The notes beneath the pieces were generated by a model that was not told the DNA's origin, searched no databases, and saw only the letters and a list, made by a program, of their open reading frames with translations. A stretch of 64,000 nucleotides of DNA from a virus. Below, in pieces: positions 62,364 to 64,000 of the stretch; the first letter of the stretch is position 1, and every line of letters starts with the position of its first letter. Location of the stretch: positions 1 through 64,000 of IMG/VR virus record IMGVR_UViG_3300045988_164842. One strand, written 5' to 3'. The position numbers and the translations under genes were made by a program.

Positions 62364-62846
62364 ATGGCGAACTCAACGTGTATTTCCGAGTGGAAAAACA
62401 AAATACTTTCGGAGATTGAAAATGACGACCTGATTATTAAAGTTCTTGATGTTTCTGATGAAGAACTCGAAGGTGATTTGAGATATACGAGATTATTTCC
62501 ATACGACTTCATTCCCGAAGTAGAAGATGAAGTAAAAACCTTTATCACTGTTTCTATATCTGTTACACGAATTTCAGACGATGGTAAGTGGTGCTTTCCG
62601 AAAATTTTCATGAGAGTAATTGGTCATCAACGCCATATGCAACTCAAACTTCCTACAATCTCAAAAACCCGAATGGATTATCTTGCTGAATTACTCGACA
62701 AAAAATTCAACGGCAGACGTGACTTTGGTTATTCAGGACTTGTTCTCCAGTCGAATATTGAGGATAATCTCAATGACCGCTTCAAATATAGACAACTTAT
62801 CTTTGAAGCCACAGATTTAAATGATAGTGTGTGTGATACAACATGA
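62364..62846 (+). CDS. structural-module protein (160 aa)
   Basis: GGGGGTGTGTAA RBS; no motif. Confidence 0.55.
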   Translation: MANSTCISEWKNKILSEIENDDLIIKVLDVSDEELEGDLRYTRLFPYDFIPEVEDEVKTFITVSISVTRISDDGKWCFPKIFMRVIGHQRHMQLKLPTISKTRMDYLAELLDKKFNGRRDFGYSGLVLQSNIEDNLNDRFKYRQLIFEATDLNDSVCDTT

Positions 62847-63577
62847 GTTGCTATAATCACAATTTGTCAGCTATTTATTTTGGTGAAGACATTGAGATTA
62901 ATAACAAAATTTCAATTCATCAGCCGACATTAAGAGAGATTGCGTTGTTTGGTGAGGAAGATTATTTCTCTCTTGTGAATTTGCTTACTGCAACGCCATT
63001 TGACCTTATCGCTCAACTTGACGACATAGGTATTGACTTCACTGAAATATCTTGCTTTGATTTATTTTGTATTATCGCTTCATCTTTATCTGTAGAAAAA
63101 ACAAAAATATTGTTTGGTGATAATATTGACTTCACACGCATGAGGGTATGTAAGAACACGGCAGATGATGAGATTTGTCTTAGCGACCCTACAAAAAAAA
63201 TCATCATCAATCAGTACACACAAATACTGCTTGCAAACGCAATTAGGCAAGTGCATGGATTAAAAAAGAACCAATTTACAAGAGTAAAAGACGAATTCAC
63301 AAGAAAAGCAATGATACGCAATGCACGAGAGAAACTTATGATTCAAAAAATGAAGCCACAAGAAAGCGTGTTACAACCTTTAATCTCCTTTTGTGTGAAT
63401 GCAGGAGGCTTAGGTTGTGATTTTTTTTCTATTCAGCAAGTTCCTATAGGTGCTTTCATGGATAGCATAAAAAGGCTTCAAATAATTAAATCCATTGATA
63501 ATATGTTTAGTTATTCAGGTGCTGTAGATTTAAGCAAAGTAAAAACAAAAGACTTGGATTATTTAAGAATAATTTAA
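62843..63577 (+). CDS. structural-module protein (244 aa)
   Basis: ATGA coupling; no motif. Confidence 0.55.
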   Translation: MSCYNHNLSAIYFGEDIEINNKISIHQPTLREIALFGEEDYFSLVNLLTATPFDLIAQLDDIGIDFTEISCFDLFCIIASSLSVEKTKILFGDNIDFTRMRVCKNTADDEICLSDPTKKIIINQYTQILLANAIRQVHGLKKNQFTRVKDEFTRKAMIRNAREKLMIQKMKPQESVLQPLISFCVNAGGLGCDFFSIQQVPIGAFMDSIKRLQIIKSIDNMFSYSGAVDLSKVKTKDLDYLRII

Positions 63578-63593
63578 AAGAAAGGAAATTAAT

Positions 63594-64000
63594 ATGGCGA
63601 TGAAAACAGATATTAACAACCTCATCATCAAGAGTGTTGACCGTGGTTATGGTATTTACAGAGCAGACGGTTCTACCAACTGGTATCTTTCACAGATAAG
63701 TAACCTTGACATCAAAACTGAGGGAGAAAAAGTCACAAAGAATGACGCACAGGAAATACCTGTAGCCACTTTCTGGAAATCAAAAAATGTTACTGTTACT
63801 GGAAACACTTCTTTTTTCAGTCTTGACTTTACTGCGGCACAGTGGGGGACAAAAAAAAGACTTGCTACCTCCACTGATAAGATTGAAACGCCGTACAGCG
63901 AGGATTTTAAAACTGTAGCTTCTCAGACTACATATACTCTTAAACACACACCTTGTGGCGTAAAAGGTGCTGAAATAAAGAGTATTATGTCGATATCAAG
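63594..64000 (+). CDS. tail structural protein candidate (partial, runs off the window)
   Basis: AAAGGAAATTAAT RBS. Begins MAMKTDINNLIIKSVDRGYGIYRADGSTNWYL. Open to the window end. Confidence 0.5.
   Translation, partial: MAMKTDINNLIIKSVDRGYGIYRADGSTNWYLSQISNLDIKTEGEKVTKNDAQEIPVATFWKSKNVTVTGNTSFFSLDFTAAQWGTKKRLATSTDKIETPYSEDFKTVASQTTYTLKHTPCGVKGAEIKSIMSIS

Overview
The window reads as one contiguous stretch of a large dsDNA phage or prophage from a Firmicutes-type host. Support: strong GGAGG-type ribosome-binding sites, about 38% GC by eye, and tightly packed, translationally coupled genes. All calls come from motif recognition in the supplied ORF translations and from reading the DNA; no database search was possible.

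Layout:
- 1-4.7 kb: non-coding leader and an ImmA/XRE immunity-like module.
- 4.8-21.9 kb (+ strand): early and replication genes. These include BRO-N antirepressor-like paralogs, a C5 DNA methyltransferase, a pentapeptide-repeat protein, RecT/MBL/SSB, primase-helicase, a DnaE-type polymerase and Rha.
- 21.9-23.3 kb: a second XRE/Cro-like switch with near-consensus promoters and palindromic operators.
- 23.4-33.4 kb (- strand): more BRO-N paralogs, dUTPase, an anaerobic RNR module (NrdD/NrdG/NrdH-like/FTR-like), a ThyX-DUF3310 fusion, sliding clamp and a tyrosine recombinase.
- 33.6-37.3 kb (- strand): an AT-rich, HTH-led five-gene accessory operon of unknown function.
- 37.3-44.7 kb (- strand): accessory cassettes, visibly GC-richer from about 40.5 kb. 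They include a polyvalent-protein-like metallopeptidase and an LRR-GP88 fusion, and three units share a conserved 5' leader.
- 44.7-46.6 kb: a 1.9-kb non-coding strand-switch hub.
- 46.6-64 kb (+ strand): SF2 helicase, sigma factor and a YonO/RdRP-like two-barrel RNA polymerase, then a type II tRNA with anticodon UUA, then the packaging/head/tail module (HU-like, TerS?, TerL, portal, protease-scaffold, capsid, connector and tail genes).

Most notable observations:
1. An ochre-suppressor-type tRNA, together with a tandem-duplicated gene whose first copy carries an in-frame TAA.
2. The sigma plus single-subunit two-barrel RNAP operon.
3. The integrase-proximal HTH/pentapeptide/three-unknowns operon, one gene of which has a paralog 32 kb away.
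4. A conserved leader motif shared by three accessory transcription units.
5. A redoxin-linked class III RNR module.
6. Expansion to eight BRO-N/Rha/KilAC-type genes.
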